Shown one piece after another: positions 25,217 through 39,500 of a stretch of 64,000 bases of DNA. The first letter of the stretch is position 1. Every line of letters starts with the position of its first letter. The position numbers and the translations under genes are program-made. The notes under the pieces were generated by a model that was given only the letters and a program-made list of their open reading frames with translations, was not told the origin of the DNA and ran no database searches. Source of the stretch: Eledone cirrhosa (lineage: Eukaryota); contig OZ024740.1 of NCBI GenBank assembly GCA_964016885.1, positions 126,418,001 to 126,482,000 of the forward strand, read 5' to 3'.

Positions 25217-26150
25217 TGGAATGTAATATCCTTAGTGGTAGAGCACTAAGTCCATGGGACGAGTTAGGTAGAAGTGGTAACACAACAGTTAGTTCTCCAT
25301 ACCGAGAACAATTGTTTCACCTTAGAGGATCTTCAGCTCGTACTGGGCATGATTATACGGAACTGGAAGAACAACCGTAGGAACGCGCATTCGCAGAAAC
25401 TGCAAAAGTCAGAAAAAATATTCGAGTTGATAAGATAATTAGAATATTATTGTTATTCAATCCGGAGTTTTGTAGTTATACAAGAGGCGTTTCCAGACAT
25501 GTGGACAACATGAGACGATTTCATATCTTGAATTTAGGCAATCGCTCTTGCGTAATCTCAGTAGAATATTTATCCTTTCTTCAATACACAGTCAACACGA
25601 CTGATTGCACCAAGCGTATGGCTTGGACTTAGTGATGGCTTTCGATTGAATGGAGTAGTTATTTACCTGAATCCTTGAGGGACCATAAGTGGCTCGCGAG
25701 TTTCGTGGCTGATCGTTTGTCCAGGTACATATAGGTCGACTGATATTTCAGGAAGCGTTCCTTAAATCGGCCTTACGCCATACCGACATATGATTTGGCC
25801 TCCTGTGGTTGATTTGGTTGGTTGGAAGTGACCACAACTTCATAAACTACAGCGGGTGTGTTGCATTGAAGATTAAGGGAACAAGCTTCAGGCTTACGGC
25901 AAGAGCATCCTGGTGGGGTGCCGCTCTTAGGACTGTTGCTGATGTGGGCCTTCGTATTTTTAGCGCAGGAGTACCCTAGTTTTACTCTGTGTCGGTTAAA
26001 GATGGAACGGTATTGTGACCTATGGGAAAGTGTAGGAAAAAATATTTAGCCCTCTTAGATAAACGCTTTCCCATAAATCACAAATACCGGTCCACCTTTA
26101 ACAGACACAGCGTAAAACTAGGTATGGTGATCTAACTGTTGTGTTACCAC

Positions 26151-26152
<2 letters not shown>
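25217..26152 (-). mobile_element. Naiad-like Penelope element, 5'-truncated with an inverted 5' end
   Basis: Minus-strand translation SIFNRHRVKLGYSC...CSCRKPEACSLNLQC..VVYEV...SYVGMA*GRFKERF...ATKLASHLWSLK...C*LCIEE...LNSRYE..CPH. Inverted copy of the RT-thumb segment at ~26030-26125. Terminal inverted repeat 25275-25302 / 26121-26149. Confidence 0.85.
25303..25340 (-). ncRNA. Minimal type I hammerhead ribozyme in pseudo-LTR
   Basis: Minus strand: CGAG-CTGAAGA-TCCTCTAAGGT-GAAA-CAATTG-TT-CTCG; stem I CGAG/CTCG, palindromic stem III. Confidence 0.8.
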
Positions 26153-26195
<43 letters not shown>

Positions 26196-26306
26196 TAAGA
26201 GGAATTCCAGCTTTGTCTGATTTACTCGTTTTATTTACAATCCTTAAAATTTATAATGGTATTATAATGAAATAGTATGATAGAATATTAAATTCTAAGT
26301 GTTAAT

Positions 26307-26345
26307 TGAACAAGTACTTTCATGCTTTCGCAATCTTCAGGTTCA
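26307..26345 (-). ncRNA. Minimal type I hammerhead ribozyme in pseudo-LTR
   Basis: Minus strand: TGAAC-CTGAAGA-TTGCGAAAGCAT-GAAA-GTAC-TT-GTTCA; 5-bp stem I, palindromic stem III. Confidence 0.8.
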
Positions 26346-26730
26346 TAATATGTGGTGACAGTCAAGTTTGCAATTTTCAACTGTAATAAGATGGGTAAAT
26401 ATTCTACCTTTTATACATTTTATACAGGGAAAAGTGGCTCCAGAATCCTAAGTCTTGCAAATTGTATTTCGACCAATCAGTGTGTAGTTTCACTGAATTA
26501 CTAAAGCTGATTGGTTTAAGCGTCACGGCTGGTTGAACATGTCTAACGACATATAATTAATCATATCCAAAGCATCAATTGTTTTGCTATTTTTAGAAAT
26601 GATGAAAATAGCATTTTCTATTAATCATCACCATCAACATCACTTTTATTATTATTATTATTGTTGTTGTTGTTGTTGTTGTTAGTGGTCGTAGTCATGG
26701 TGATAGTAGAAGTAATACCCCTAAGCGTTA

Positions 26731-27635
26731 CTATTGTTCATTTAGCTTGGGTTTGAATTTATCAATAAAATTCTTTTCTTTGATTTTTCTCTTGATTTCA
26801 CTTGGGCTGTGTAATTTGTAGAATGGGAATATTATAAACATTCCCTGACCACATGTTGCTAGATGGTTACTTAGGGGTATCTGACGGACATTTGGGTCTC
26901 TGATTTGTTGACGGTGTACCCGTGCACGTTCCGATAGTGCATTTCCAGTTTGACCGACATATAGTTCTTCACAATTCGGGCATTTAATGCAGTAAGTTAG
27001 ATTTCTGCTTTTACAGTTCATATTTGCATTTGGGAATATATTTCCAGTTTTTGTTTTCATATATTGACCGGCGTGTATGGATTGACATGTGCCGCATCGA
27101 CTATCATTGCATTTAGATACAGTGAATGATTGGTCTTTGTTGTTAAGGTCAAACTTTGCTTTTGTTAGTAATTGCTTCAAATTTTTGGCTGTCTTTTTCT
27201 AAAAGTCAAAGATCGATCTGTGATTAAGCCTTTTAATTCATTACTTTGAGCAATGATCGGTAGGTTTGCTTTGGCAGTGTTGAAGATATTCTGGTGACAT
27301 GGGTTGTGTGTCATTATAAATGGTATGACCAGTTCTTGGTTTCTTCTTACTTGGGTTGTCCTAAGTTGTATAGGTATTTTTATAGCCTGCTGTATGCTAT
27401 TTTCTATAAGTAGAGATGGGTATTTTTGTTTGAGCAAACATTCTCTTAGTTCTGTTAGGCGTTTGTACCTGGTATTCGTATCTTCTACAATGGTACAAAT
27501 TCTTCTGGCTAGGCAGTATGGGATGTTGCGTTTTGTATGAGGTGGATGGCACGACTTAAAATTCAGATATTGATGGGTGTCTGTGTGTTTATAATATATA
27601 TCCGTGGTAATGGTGGTGTCGTTTTTGATTATCAT
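26731..27635 (-). pseudogene. PLE RT C-terminus plus GIY-YIG endonuclease (frameshifted)
   Basis: TDIYYKHTDTHQYLNFKSCHP..KRNIPY (PLE RT thumb); C..C zinc motif; NLTYCIKCPNCEELYVGQTG..L.ER..HR (GIY-YIG). Confidence 0.9.
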
Positions 27636-27773
27636 TATATCTAGATATACTATTTCATTATAATACCATTATAAATTTTAAAGGATCGTAAATATAACGA
27701 GTAAATTAGACAAAGTTGGAATTCCTCTTATTAATATAATCTTCTAGACACAATCATACACACCCGTGTATAT

Positions 27774-27839
<66 letters not shown>

Positions 27840-27861
27840 GTGTGTGTATGTATGTATATAG

Positions 27862-27952
<91 letters not shown>

Positions 27953-28726
27953 TACGCATGCGTCAGCAACTGTTAGCAAGCCAGTGTTTGTGGTGATGTA
28001 CTACAACCACCTCGCATTTACCTGTTGTGTCATACTCCCATCAAGGATTCTGAGTTTTGGACTGCTATGACAATTGCATATGAGATGAAAGTGTTACTTG
28101 GAAACCACACCTAGAGGATTAAACTACGAAAGTTCGGAAATATCACGTCCTGTGCCGGAGAAGACCAGGACGAGATTCATTCTTTTCTTCAAATACAGAG
28201 ACAATGAAGACCTTCTACAACTTCAAAATATAGTTAAGTGCACGGAAAGTTGAGGCTCACAATCGTGTCACAAGCATCGTGACAACGTCCCGATTCAATT
28301 ACCTAAACTAACGCAATATTTCTTGGCAAAGAAAATATTTTCGCTCATTCATTAAACAATTTCTGAATTCTGGTTGTTCGAAAACTTGAAAATATCACCG
28401 AAAGACTCCTGCTATAAGAGTTGAAAGGAAATCCTAAGTACTGCAATGACAGGGAGTAGACCCATTCTGTAAGATGCATTCTAGACTTACTTGGAATATT
28501 TCGTTGGGCAAATTATATGTTGGCATAAGGCGTCTTCTTCGAAATGGTTTACCAATTGAAGCCCATCAAGTAAATATTTCGTTCACCAGCTTACAAGAGA
28601 ATACAATTTGGAGAGACCTCGCACACACGCACACACACAGACACACAGACACATGGTGACACATGCAAACACACATGCGTATATATAAAATGTATCTCTC
28701 TTTCCCTCGCTGTTTTCGCTCTCTCT

Positions 28727-28809
<83 letters not shown>

Positions 28810-28845
28810 CATATACATATATATATACATATATATATATATACA

Positions 28846-28922
<77 letters not shown>

Positions 28923-28956
28923 GTTAAAAGAATAGAGGTGTAACACACAAGTTATT

Positions 28957-29184
28957 ATATATTGGTAAACGGAATAGATAATGCTGACAAATTGTTCACA
29001 GTTGAAAAATGGTTTAATTAGGAATAAAAGAGTATTAGTGATTGTATGGGTTAGTATTCAGTTGTGGTTTAAAACCACAACTGAATACTAACCCATACAA
29101 TTACTAATACTCTTTTATTCCTAATTAAACCATTTTTCAACTGTGAACAATTTGTCAGCATTTTCTATTCCGTTTACCAATATA
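28957..29184. repeat. ~114-bp-arm near-perfect palindrome between (TA)n tracts
   Basis: Centre ...CAGTTGTGGTTT|AAAACCACAACTG.... A single-arm homologue lies at ~34873-34980. Confidence 0.92.
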
Positions 29185-29209
29185 TATATATATACATACA
29201 TATACAAAC

Positions 29210-29252
<43 letters not shown>

Positions 29253-29263
29253 CATATACAAAC

Positions 29264-29302
<39 letters not shown>

Positions 29303-29351
29303 CAATAATTAAGTCAAATATTTAAAATTTGGCTTCGTTTATTAAAGATGT

Positions 29352-29406
29352 ACTGCTATATATGTTTCGGTGACAGCCATCATTGGCTGTGACCTCTTCA
29401 GGCAGT
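29352..29406 (-). ncRNA. Type I hammerhead ribozyme (family B)
   Basis: Minus strand: ACTGC-CTGAAGA-GGTCACAGCCAATGATGGCTGTCACC-GAAA-CATATA-TA-GCAGT. Confidence 0.75.
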
Positions 29407-29687
29407 CCGAATGGGTGTATTAGAGACAGGTGCACATGTTGTTGAAGTGTTTTACTCCGTCGATACTCCGATATGTCCAACTCCTGGTTGGGTTGTTATT
29501 TCTCTGAGGAACTAGAATCATATATAGCAGTATATCTTTAATAAACGGAGCCAAATTTTAAATATTTGACTTAATTATTTTACATTACTCTGGAGTAACT
29601 AACCCAACCTGCATACTTCGCCGAGTGCTCCAATCTGCATACTGAGGTGTCGGTAAACAGCCAGCATATACTCAAAATATATATATA

Positions 29688-29739
<52 letters not shown>

Positions 29740-29741
<2 letters not shown>

Positions 29742-29874
29742 CGGCGATGAATTAGTTTTGCGAGGTATTTTATATGAAATCGTCTGTCGAAACAAATGTT
29801 GTGAGACTTGGGGAGGATCATATTTGTGTAATATTGCCAGAATTAATAACAGAACACACTCACTGTTTGGTTGG

Positions 29875-29876
<2 letters not shown>
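29740..29876 (-). mobile_element. Solo ~135-bp 3'-terminal fragment of the 55245-59810 PLE family, inserted in (TA)n
   Basis: Matches 59530-59665 (ACGGCGATGAATTAGTTTTGCGAGG...CACTGTTTGGTTGGTT). Confidence 0.88.
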
Positions 29877-29935
<59 letters not shown>

Positions 29936-30114
29936 CATGCACACATATATATATGTACGTATGTATTCACCGAACATTTATTATAATGTTTACAAACACA
30001 CCGAACATTATGATAAATGTTCGGTGAATCCATACGTACATATATATATATGTGTGCATGTATGTATATATATATATACGTCTGTATACATATATGTATG
30101 TACGTGTACATACT

Positions 30115-30148
<34 letters not shown>

Positions 30149-30466
30149 TGTGTGTGTGTGTGTGTGCGTATCGTCAATGGTAAGGTAGTAGCCACATACT
30201 GGTAACGGATAAACAATTTGTCCGGAAAAGACTGCTCTAATACCGGCCTGAGTTATCTCCCTTAACCTACTGCAAAATCAATACATGTTTTTTTACGAAG
30301 AATGAACTCTGACGTGAACTTATCTCTAAAAACGCATTCCGAGTCATGTAAGGAACACTTATTAGTTATTTATGCCTTTGAGAAGCCCTCTCGGGCGAAC
30401 CGTACGTAAGTGCTATTTTAAATAAACATGTTTTAACGGTTTTTTCTCCTAAATGTATTTCTCCGC

Positions 30467-30501
<35 letters not shown>

Positions 30502-30566
30502 CCATAGTAGGTAAAGTTAATTTTTTAAAATTTATTTTGAAACTTTTTCTTATTTGCTAAACCCTG

Positions 30567-30714
<148 letters not shown>

Positions 30715-30809
30715 TATTTACACGCAGCGTGATGGATTGTTAGTTAGAAAGCGTGTCTTTGTGTGAGCCTTAATTATAGAGGATGATAGGAAGATATATA
30801 TGCATATAT

Positions 30810-30906
<97 letters not shown>

Positions 30907-31486
30907 TATGAATAATGTATATATACGGAAATAAAGAAAAACGACCAGATAATGACGTAAAGAATGGTTGAAAGGGACAAAGGATTTTAAAAAGAAAATC
31001 GTGAGTAAAGACTGAAAAAAAAAAAGAGGAATTAATAATGCAATAAAATGTAGCGAATATAAAGACTACATCTAAAAATATGATAAACAATGTTGCTAAT
31101 CTGAAGATTATTATATAGCTATGAATCAATGCTGAAAGTATATTTTGATATGTTCTTTGTAGTTAGGAAGTGACTTGCATTACTTAAAAGCTTTAACCTG
31201 TATGTATGTATGGATGGATGGATAGATGTATGTATGAATATATGTATGAATGTATGTATGTATTAATGTATGCATGTATGCATGCAAACAGGTATGTATG
31301 TATGGATGGAATGGATGGGTGGATATATATATATATATGTGTGTGTGTATATATACATCTGTGTGTGGGGGGAGGGGGGATTGATACGTCGACACTTCGA
31401 AATCACATCTATTTTTGCTTCTCCACACAAGTATTGATTTGTATTTCAGTTGATGTTTGAACGTCATAAGTATACAGAACATATCG

Positions 31487-31583
<97 letters not shown>

Positions 31584-32207
31584 ATATATATATGTATGTA
31601 TATATGTATGTATTTATACATATATGTGATAGCCATCTACATATAATGTTGAATGGAATTAAAAGAAATAAGGAAATAAATAGACACAGTAATAATGACG
31701 AAATAAAGACATCAGCGGAATATTCTTAGAATATTTGCCATAAAACATTGCATTCTGTGTCATAAAGGATAATAATTCCAAGGCAAAAAATGGCCGCGTT
31801 TTTAAACACAAATGCCTCCTGAAGGAGCTGTGCACGAAAGAAAATCGATAAAAATTATACAATGTTATACAAAAGAAGTATTTATGTATTAAAAATCCGT
31901 ATACAGTTTGAGCAAATAAAGTGTTGTTATATTGTGTTAATTTGAAAATCAAATTAAGATTAAATGAGATCTCGGTTGATATATTAGAGTTAATATTATT
32001 ATAAGATCTGAAAATAATGATAAGAAAATAAAATAAACCCTACAATATCTGTAGCTGACGATGTCGGTAGAGTGGTAGTTTACAGGCTGGTTGGTAGTTC
32101 TACCAGAGCTTCCATGCTTTGGAAGCGTTTGGTATAATAACTGCAGCGAAATAGGCATGTGTGTAGTGAGAAGGCATTGTAATCGATGGTATATATATAT
32201 ATATATA

Positions 32208-32396
32208 TAAGGAAATGTGGTAAGGAACCAGGTGGACCATAACGCACCAAAGTACTCAATACTTAGGGTAGTAGAGTGGGTAATAGGAACAAGCATGAAT
32301 CTAACGGCAGAGCTCAAGCCGTTTCGACGGCTAATTCTGGGCTCCAGAATTAGCCGTCGTAACGGCTTGAGCTCTGCCGTCGGGGTCATACTTGTT

Positions 32397-32402
<6 letters not shown>
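32208..32402 (-). mobile_element. ~200-bp hairpin element, family A copy 1
   Basis: Palindrome ACGGCAGAGCTCAAGCCGTTTCGACGGCTAATTCTGG-gct-CCAGAATTAGCCGTC... plus a unique tail; flanked by (TA)n. Confidence 0.88.
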
Positions 32403-32427
<25 letters not shown>

Positions 32428-33796
32428 CAGTGTATACTCTACGCATCCTTTATACATCTTAGACCAACGGATCATGAAGGTGGACGTGAGTCGCGGTAAA
32501 TTAAATGCACCAAACCATTTATAGTATGAAGATCGATAGTACGTTCAAGCAACATATTTCTCATAATCAAATTCGTTAGAATATCGGCTAGTATACAACA
32601 CCTCATCCTCATTATTTTAACTGGTTCCAAAAGCGTACCTGTAGAGCAAAATGATTTATATGTCAATCACATTATAATTTACGAGGATAATTCTTCTGCA
32701 ACGAATCAGTAATGAGTTGAATTAAAGGACAATAACATATGTAACAAAATATGTATTTCATTGAGGCTAATGAAGAAGATTTTTCAGAAGATAAGTTCAT
32801 CATCAGTAACATTTACTTAGTAAAAAAAATGATAATGAATCATATTGAATTTAAGATATGAATACCTCAAAGAAACTTATTGAGAAAGTAATTAAATAAT
32901 TAAATATTTTCAATGGTAAGAAATAGTTTAAATATTGTAGTAGTGGATTCCTTAAATCGTATCGGATTAATTATCAAATAGCACATACGTTTCGATTGAA
33001 ACATTTGATGGCGTTATAGACTACTTCGAACAAGTAGATATTACCATGGAGAATATTGACATGATATATATTTATATAATTCGGATGCCACCAAGGTAAA
33101 CTGTAACAAAGAACTAAATATGTGATCTATAAAGTTGTTCAAATATGGGACAGGCTTCTTCATGAAAGTCTTGATGAATTATAAGGGCCAACTATATTGA
33201 TATATTTGTTTACAATAAACTTCATATTTCTTCTAAAATATTTCCAATTATTGCAATTGAAATCCCGAGATATATATATTTGACTATATTCAACAGATAT
33301 ATTATCGAATAAGGTTGAAATTCTAAAGACTTTACCATGCCTATTTTGAGAGACTAGAGCAAAACGGTGTTAGATATAATTGTAAACATTTCATGTTTTG
33401 TTCGCTAAGCTAAACAGTATATCATTTCGAACAAAAATCCTTCCACAGAACAAATTAGGAAGTCTTCACTGTAAGGCTAAAGTAACAAAAAGATTATTAA
33501 CTAATATAGAAAATATATAACGAAACTACGTACTAAACGTTTTGAAATGTTATATTTTATCTAAGAGCAATAGACATATCTTCATTTAAGTAATAATGTA
33601 ATATCATTTTGCACCAACGGTGTTTTGCTTTAGATAAATGTTTTGTAAATCTAAATATTTAGTATCTTCCAGGTATAATAGTTTTCCTTCTCTCCTCACC
33701 TTTGTCTCTTTCTCTCTCTCCTTCTCTCTCTCTTTCTCTCTCTCTCTGATAATGATAGAAATTATCTCAAACATACACATACGCGCACTCACACAC

Positions 33797-33858
<62 letters not shown>

Positions 33859-34072
33859 CAAGTATTCCAATACGGCAGGGCCTAATGGATGCCCCTTGCA
33901 GTACGTACAATCTGGACACTCACACACACACCTTGTTGTTATGACAATACTATATATAATTTCACCCCTTTTATTATTAATGTTTTTGATGTTCTCTTGA
34001 GAGAATCGTTTTTGCTGAAAATATCGAATAATGTACACCATTTTTACCAGTATCACAAAAATACTGGTCCAC

Positions 34073-34137
<65 letters not shown>

Positions 34138-34356
34138 TATATACACACACACACATATATACACACACACATACACACGCGTACACTAACATACAAAGAG
34201 ACATATATACACACACACACACACTTCTCCGTATAAGACAAGAGCTGAAAAATATTTTTCAACATGTTAAAATATCCCCCACACACGTACATATACATTC
34301 CTACTGACCGATCCCTCTACCACGAATTACTCTGCTACATACACACACACACCACA

Positions 34357-34435
<79 letters not shown>

Positions 34436-35009
34436 TTGTCTTAATAGGCACCTGAACTGTTGACCTTTCAACATGACTGCAATTCACACGCAAATCCTTA
34501 CTGAAAATTGTCTCAACAATGAACCTCTTTACTACACACACACACACACATATTTGTCTTAAAAGACTTATTTTTCAGTTACTTCTCAATCAGGCGAAAA
34601 TGGACACTCTTCGACAAACCTACATTTGGCGCAAAATCAATTTTTAACATTCACGTGACCTCTACCGACCAATCAAATTTGTTTTGACCACAAGAATTTT
34701 TGCAACACGAATTGGCGCGAAACTTATTTTAATACCTCTGGAGCCACTTTTTTCATATAAAACAGGTAGAATTTCCAAAACTGATCAGATTAGAGCAAAC
34801 ATCACGGGCGCTCTATCTCAAAATTATTTTTGAAAAGCATTAGAAATGCGCAACCGGTAAAAACTTAAAACTAAAACTGAATACTAACCAATACTTATTA
34901 CTAATTTTTACTTATTCCTAATTAAACTATTTTTCACTGGGAACAATTTGTCAGCATTTTCTTTTCCTTTTACTAATATATATATATTTATATATATATA
35001 TATATATAT

Positions 35010-35047
<38 letters not shown>

Positions 35048-35269
35048 GTATATACATATATACATATGTGTGCGTATGTATATATAAAATATATGTATAT
35101 ATACATACACTCGCACACGCATATCTATATGAAATTTATTAGATTAATCATCTTTGATATTTTTGAAGGTTACAAACGTTGTATATATATATATAAGTTT
35201 GTGGTTGTTGATGTGTATCGACCATGTCATAGGAAGTGTTTCTTAGTCTGCCTGTCGAATTTAAGTTCT

Positions 35270-36560
35270 GGTGGATCTCTTTTAACTAACCAATAATAAT
35301 CTGCTGACATATTTGGGATCCATTAATCCCGAATGTGATTTCTCGATGTTGCTATATCATGGTGAAAACGCTCTCAGTGCACGCCGCTCACGACACCACA
35401 ATTTTGTAGAAATAAATCCAAGTGTGAATGAAGAGATGGAATATTTAATTATGTATTACAGGCCAGTGGCTGTTCTGGGATATGCTATAAACTCCTGGAA
35501 CACCAGTCGAAAATTGTTCCAAGCCACCATTTCTTTTTCGGAAAGAATTCCATTAAAGTTATCTTCCTTTAATATTTCATTTTTTTGGGGACTTTAACTT
35601 TTGCTCCACTTAATTGTGGACAATTCCTTCTGATAAACTAAACAGGCTATCTTGTTTTATTTAGAGCTTGTATGAAACTTTGACCAACCACAATTTGAGG
35701 TTCAGATGCATATGACCCCTCAAATTTCCTTCGTCTCAACCGGAATTGATGGTAGGGCTATGTTTGATTGGGTCAATGAATAATCTCCACTGTTCTGGAT
35801 CGTGTTTAATGCATACATCTGTCATATGTTCGTCGACATCCATATATCCGACTAGGTAAAGCTTCTTTGTAAAAAACAGCAGACATCTTTATCACAATTT
35901 CTGAATAGTCACACACTGGCATCGTCAACAATCAAATTCCATTGCTCTAACCCTAGGCCCACAATTTCGCTTTATTTTTGACCGGTCTAAATTTCTGATG
36001 AAATCATTTAGTTCACCTTAACTTATCATGTGAGGTGTGTTTGTTGAATATCTTATAGATAATTCTGGACTGTTTGATTTTGAAGCTTGAAACTGTAATT
36101 AAAGTCCTCTTCTTCATCATCATGTGTTTTATGAATTAATACTGGGGGCACAGGCGTTGGCAGCTCTTTATTATGCGTCATTGGATATCTGGCACAAAGG
36201 ATTTTATGATAATCAGCATTTCATTTCCTCTACCCTTTAAGTACTTTCTGAGTTAGTTGCATGATATAGAAGTAACAATCGTTTAAATGTTTAGTTGGTT
36301 TAAGCCAAACTACTAACATTGAAAAAAGCATATATTTCCTTATACTTTGCAACCGTTGGTGTAGGCTTGTTGTAGAAGTATTACAGCATTCATGTGGGAA
36401 TTAACTAGTATCTTGCTCATCCAACTTTCTTCTAAATTATAGATCATAGACCATTATAATAATATTTGTCATTGTTCTCATTTGGTTAGTAAATAATATT
36501 TTGCTACAAATGGAACTAAAATTGTCCAGATTGTTTACACATGTAGAATAAATGACGACG
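35270..36560 (-). pseudogene. Chapaev3-like (CMC superfamily) DNA transposase fossil
   Basis: Hand translation, minus strand, many stops: [104 protein letters not shown]. Family name assigned from memory of these motifs. Confidence 0.75.
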
Positions 36561-39500
36561 CAGTTTATAATAGTACAACGTGTTCAGATCAATTGTGAAT
36601 AGTTCTGAAATGCTGTATGGGTTGATTCATGAAACGTATATGATTAAGATGATGCAATATGAAGACATTATTGCATCATGAAACTTTAAAACAGTTGAAA
36701 CATCTTAGGTGATGGAAAATAGACAATTATTGCAACATACCATACATTGACCTGTACCATACATAGTGACATTACCTGACAAAAACAAGTTTTCTCTATT
36801 GTTCACATTTATTTAATAGTCTTTAATCAATACATGTTCAGTGAGAAACAAATATTAACAATCATTGTAATTAGTAAGGAAATATTTGGTAATATTTCTT
36901 CCAATTTTGGTACTACACTAGTGACAGCGGCTTACAGTCCGAATCCTCTTACCCTTTGTGTCTTATTGTCATCGAATGCGGAAAAGTCGTCTTCGAAATA
37001 CATCTCGAAATCAAGAGTTAATCTTCAAAATGAGTGTCATTTCAGAATTCAGTGCCCCAATATTATTAACGATAATCTGGTTGGGTCTCCAAAGAAATTT
37101 CATTGTGTTATCGGCCGCATTTCTCTAAAATCGAAATGTACCGTCATTTTACACTGGCAGGATGATCATATTTGAAAGCCTTCAATCATAGGTTTCCTCA
37201 ATCATGTCTGAAATCTTAAATTGGGCGCTTGGCATCTGGATTGATGGCAGGCGCTTAATGCTCTCTACCAGATGGGCAATGTTGTCAGTGGAATTTCCAC
37301 ACACTAGAAGAGTTTCAGTACTTTACTAACTTGTGCAGTTACGTCAAACAGCTGAAGGGGTCCCCTTCCTCTGGGCCCTTGAATCGTCGAGTGGTTCAGT
37401 ATTTGTGAGGTACCTGAGTCAAACCTGGGTGGTTATCCTCCTATAGGGTAATTCACTTGTTTCTATTTGTCTTGTTTATTAATCTTGTTTTCATATTTTT
37501 AATGGATTTTCGTGTAAAACCCACACTGTCACCATCTATTGTATTTCCACTATATGTAGCCCCTTGTGGCCAATACATAAAATAATATTTGTTATTATTC
37601 GCCCAATTATTCCTGAGAGGCTCCTTGGGACAGACTCCTCAAACACTCATTCCAGCATGTCCGGTCTGAATCCACGGACTCCAATTGATCCAACTGGATC
37701 CCCAAGCATGGCCAACCGAGATTGTTAATAGTTAGTTAATAACCACGGGAAATATTTTTTGTATTTAATTCAAATACCGTATCTACATGAAAAAAGTGCT
37801 TACGGGTGTGAGGCATTATAATCTGCCATTTCCATACTGATATGATTTGCTTTACCTTTTTCTCACTTTATATTTAATTGATGTCGGGATTTAAAATTGT
37901 TTCGGTTCTTTCTTTTTCTTGTTCACCTTGGGTCTTTCATTTCCTTATCGTTAAATAAAGATAAATCTTTCACTTTTTATTTTAAATTATATTCTATATT
38001 TTCTTGCTTTTATATTCAAGTTCGTGGACAGATTTTGTTGGGGGCTATATTTATATAACATTTTGTGGAGTTGGTTGTCCATCCATAACTTCCTCGTGTT
38101 TAACGTGTTAACATATCCCCAATGTTCCATTTTAATCGATTTTGTTCTGTGATCTATTTAATTGATTGTTTGTTCTACCTAAGTTTAAACATTGGTAGAT
38201 CAGTTGCGATGAACAATTTTATTGTGTTTGTGTTACTTGATGGGTCAAAGATAATATTATGTAGCTGCTAATTTATTTTAAATATATCCGTGGGGACTTC
38301 AATGAGATTCATCAGCTAGATACATATTAGATATATTCAATTTGTGTTTGGATTTGTTTCGATATAATATGCTGCTTTATTTTCTTATATGAGGAGATTT
38401 GCAATCTTTCATTGCTTTGGGGGCTCATCGTTTGTATCTATGGTTTAGTACTGTTATTTCTTTCACTGACATGATGTATTAACGTGTAGAATTTGTTTGA
38501 ATTTATGATTGATCTTTTTAGAATGCTTTTTCGATTTTCATTGCATATGCTTAATTTCTGTAACGTTACTTGTACAGACAGCCCTGGGAAATTTTGTTTT
38601 TATCTTTTTTATCTTTTTTTCGGAAATACATTTCTGAAATTAAGTTTTTTCTTGCTTCTAATTTGTTTTTAAATGACTATAGGTCATATAGATAATACCT
38701 GTCAAAAGAAACATTTTATAATGAACACAACTGCAGAGAAAATGTTAAAAAAGAAAATGAAGAAGACTAATTTAGAGCAAGTAACACTTTAAAAAAGTTT
38801 TTGGTTTCAATTTGATTAACATATCCCATTACCATAAGTCAGTGCCTATTATTTTCAAATAATGTTGCAAATAATAAAGAATTTCGAGGGATTTAGTAGT
38901 ATAAAATATTTAAGCTGGTGATGACAATGTAACTTAAAAATTATCTTCACACTATGATAGACGATACAATATTAAACTGAAACCGATTAACATAAAAATT
39001 TGAATTATAGAACCAGTAACGCTCTGGTGTTAAAATGGCTCAGAACAGCAGCAATAACAACAAAAGTTAAATCTAAATCATAACATCAATTAAAACATCT
39101 GCCTAGTGGGGCCCTAAATCAGTGTGTCATCATTAGACTTTTGTCACATTATATATAACAGCAAAAAACACGACTCACAATCAGTGACATCAGCAGTAAC
39201 TTTAATTGCAGCTCGTTGTCATATTTGTAGCGAAATATGTGTGACTAGTGATTAAAGAGATGTCAAATAAGATATAAAGACAGATAACAACCATTCCGGA
39301 ACTGTGTTCCATAGTGGGTATGGAGAAAGTAATAAGATTTTCAATGAAATGTAGAAGGCACAGTTGCTATAAGACTGAAAGCAAGATTTACTGTAGAGCC
39401 TTTTGCCATTACACAATAAAGATGATAAATCATAGAGCAGCGGATAGCAGTATAACAAGCAACAAAAAGAATATGTCCTGAAGGCTGACATTGTAGGATA

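Larger units (their letters stand above)
26180..27738 (-). mobile_element. Penelope-like element, 5'-truncated, with ~90-bp inverted pseudo-LTR ends
   Basis: Inverted repeat 26180-26268 / 27646-27736, flanking (TA)n/(ATCT)n, RT-thumb and GIY-YIG coding remnants. Confidence 0.9.
29303..30117. mobile_element. Fold-back pseudo-LTR element, family B copy 1, with nested insertion
   Basis: Inverted arms 29303-29365 / 29519-29579. Homologous to 47840-48680 and 51998-52548. Includes a hammerhead and a second palindrome at ~29925-30070. Confidence 0.8.

Noticed and set aside
25585-25605. In-frame TGA in the Naiad-like endonuclease (C*LC) as selenocysteine
   Set aside because: Some Naiads are reported to encode selenoproteins, but this TGA is at the variable position between conserved Cys residues (likely CGA>TGA), and the copy has other stops and frameshifts.
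30374-30413. Functional hammerhead (TTTGAGAA-GCCC..GGGC-GAAC-CGTACG-TA)
   Set aside because: Architecture fits but both core boxes are mutated; counted only as a degenerate relic.
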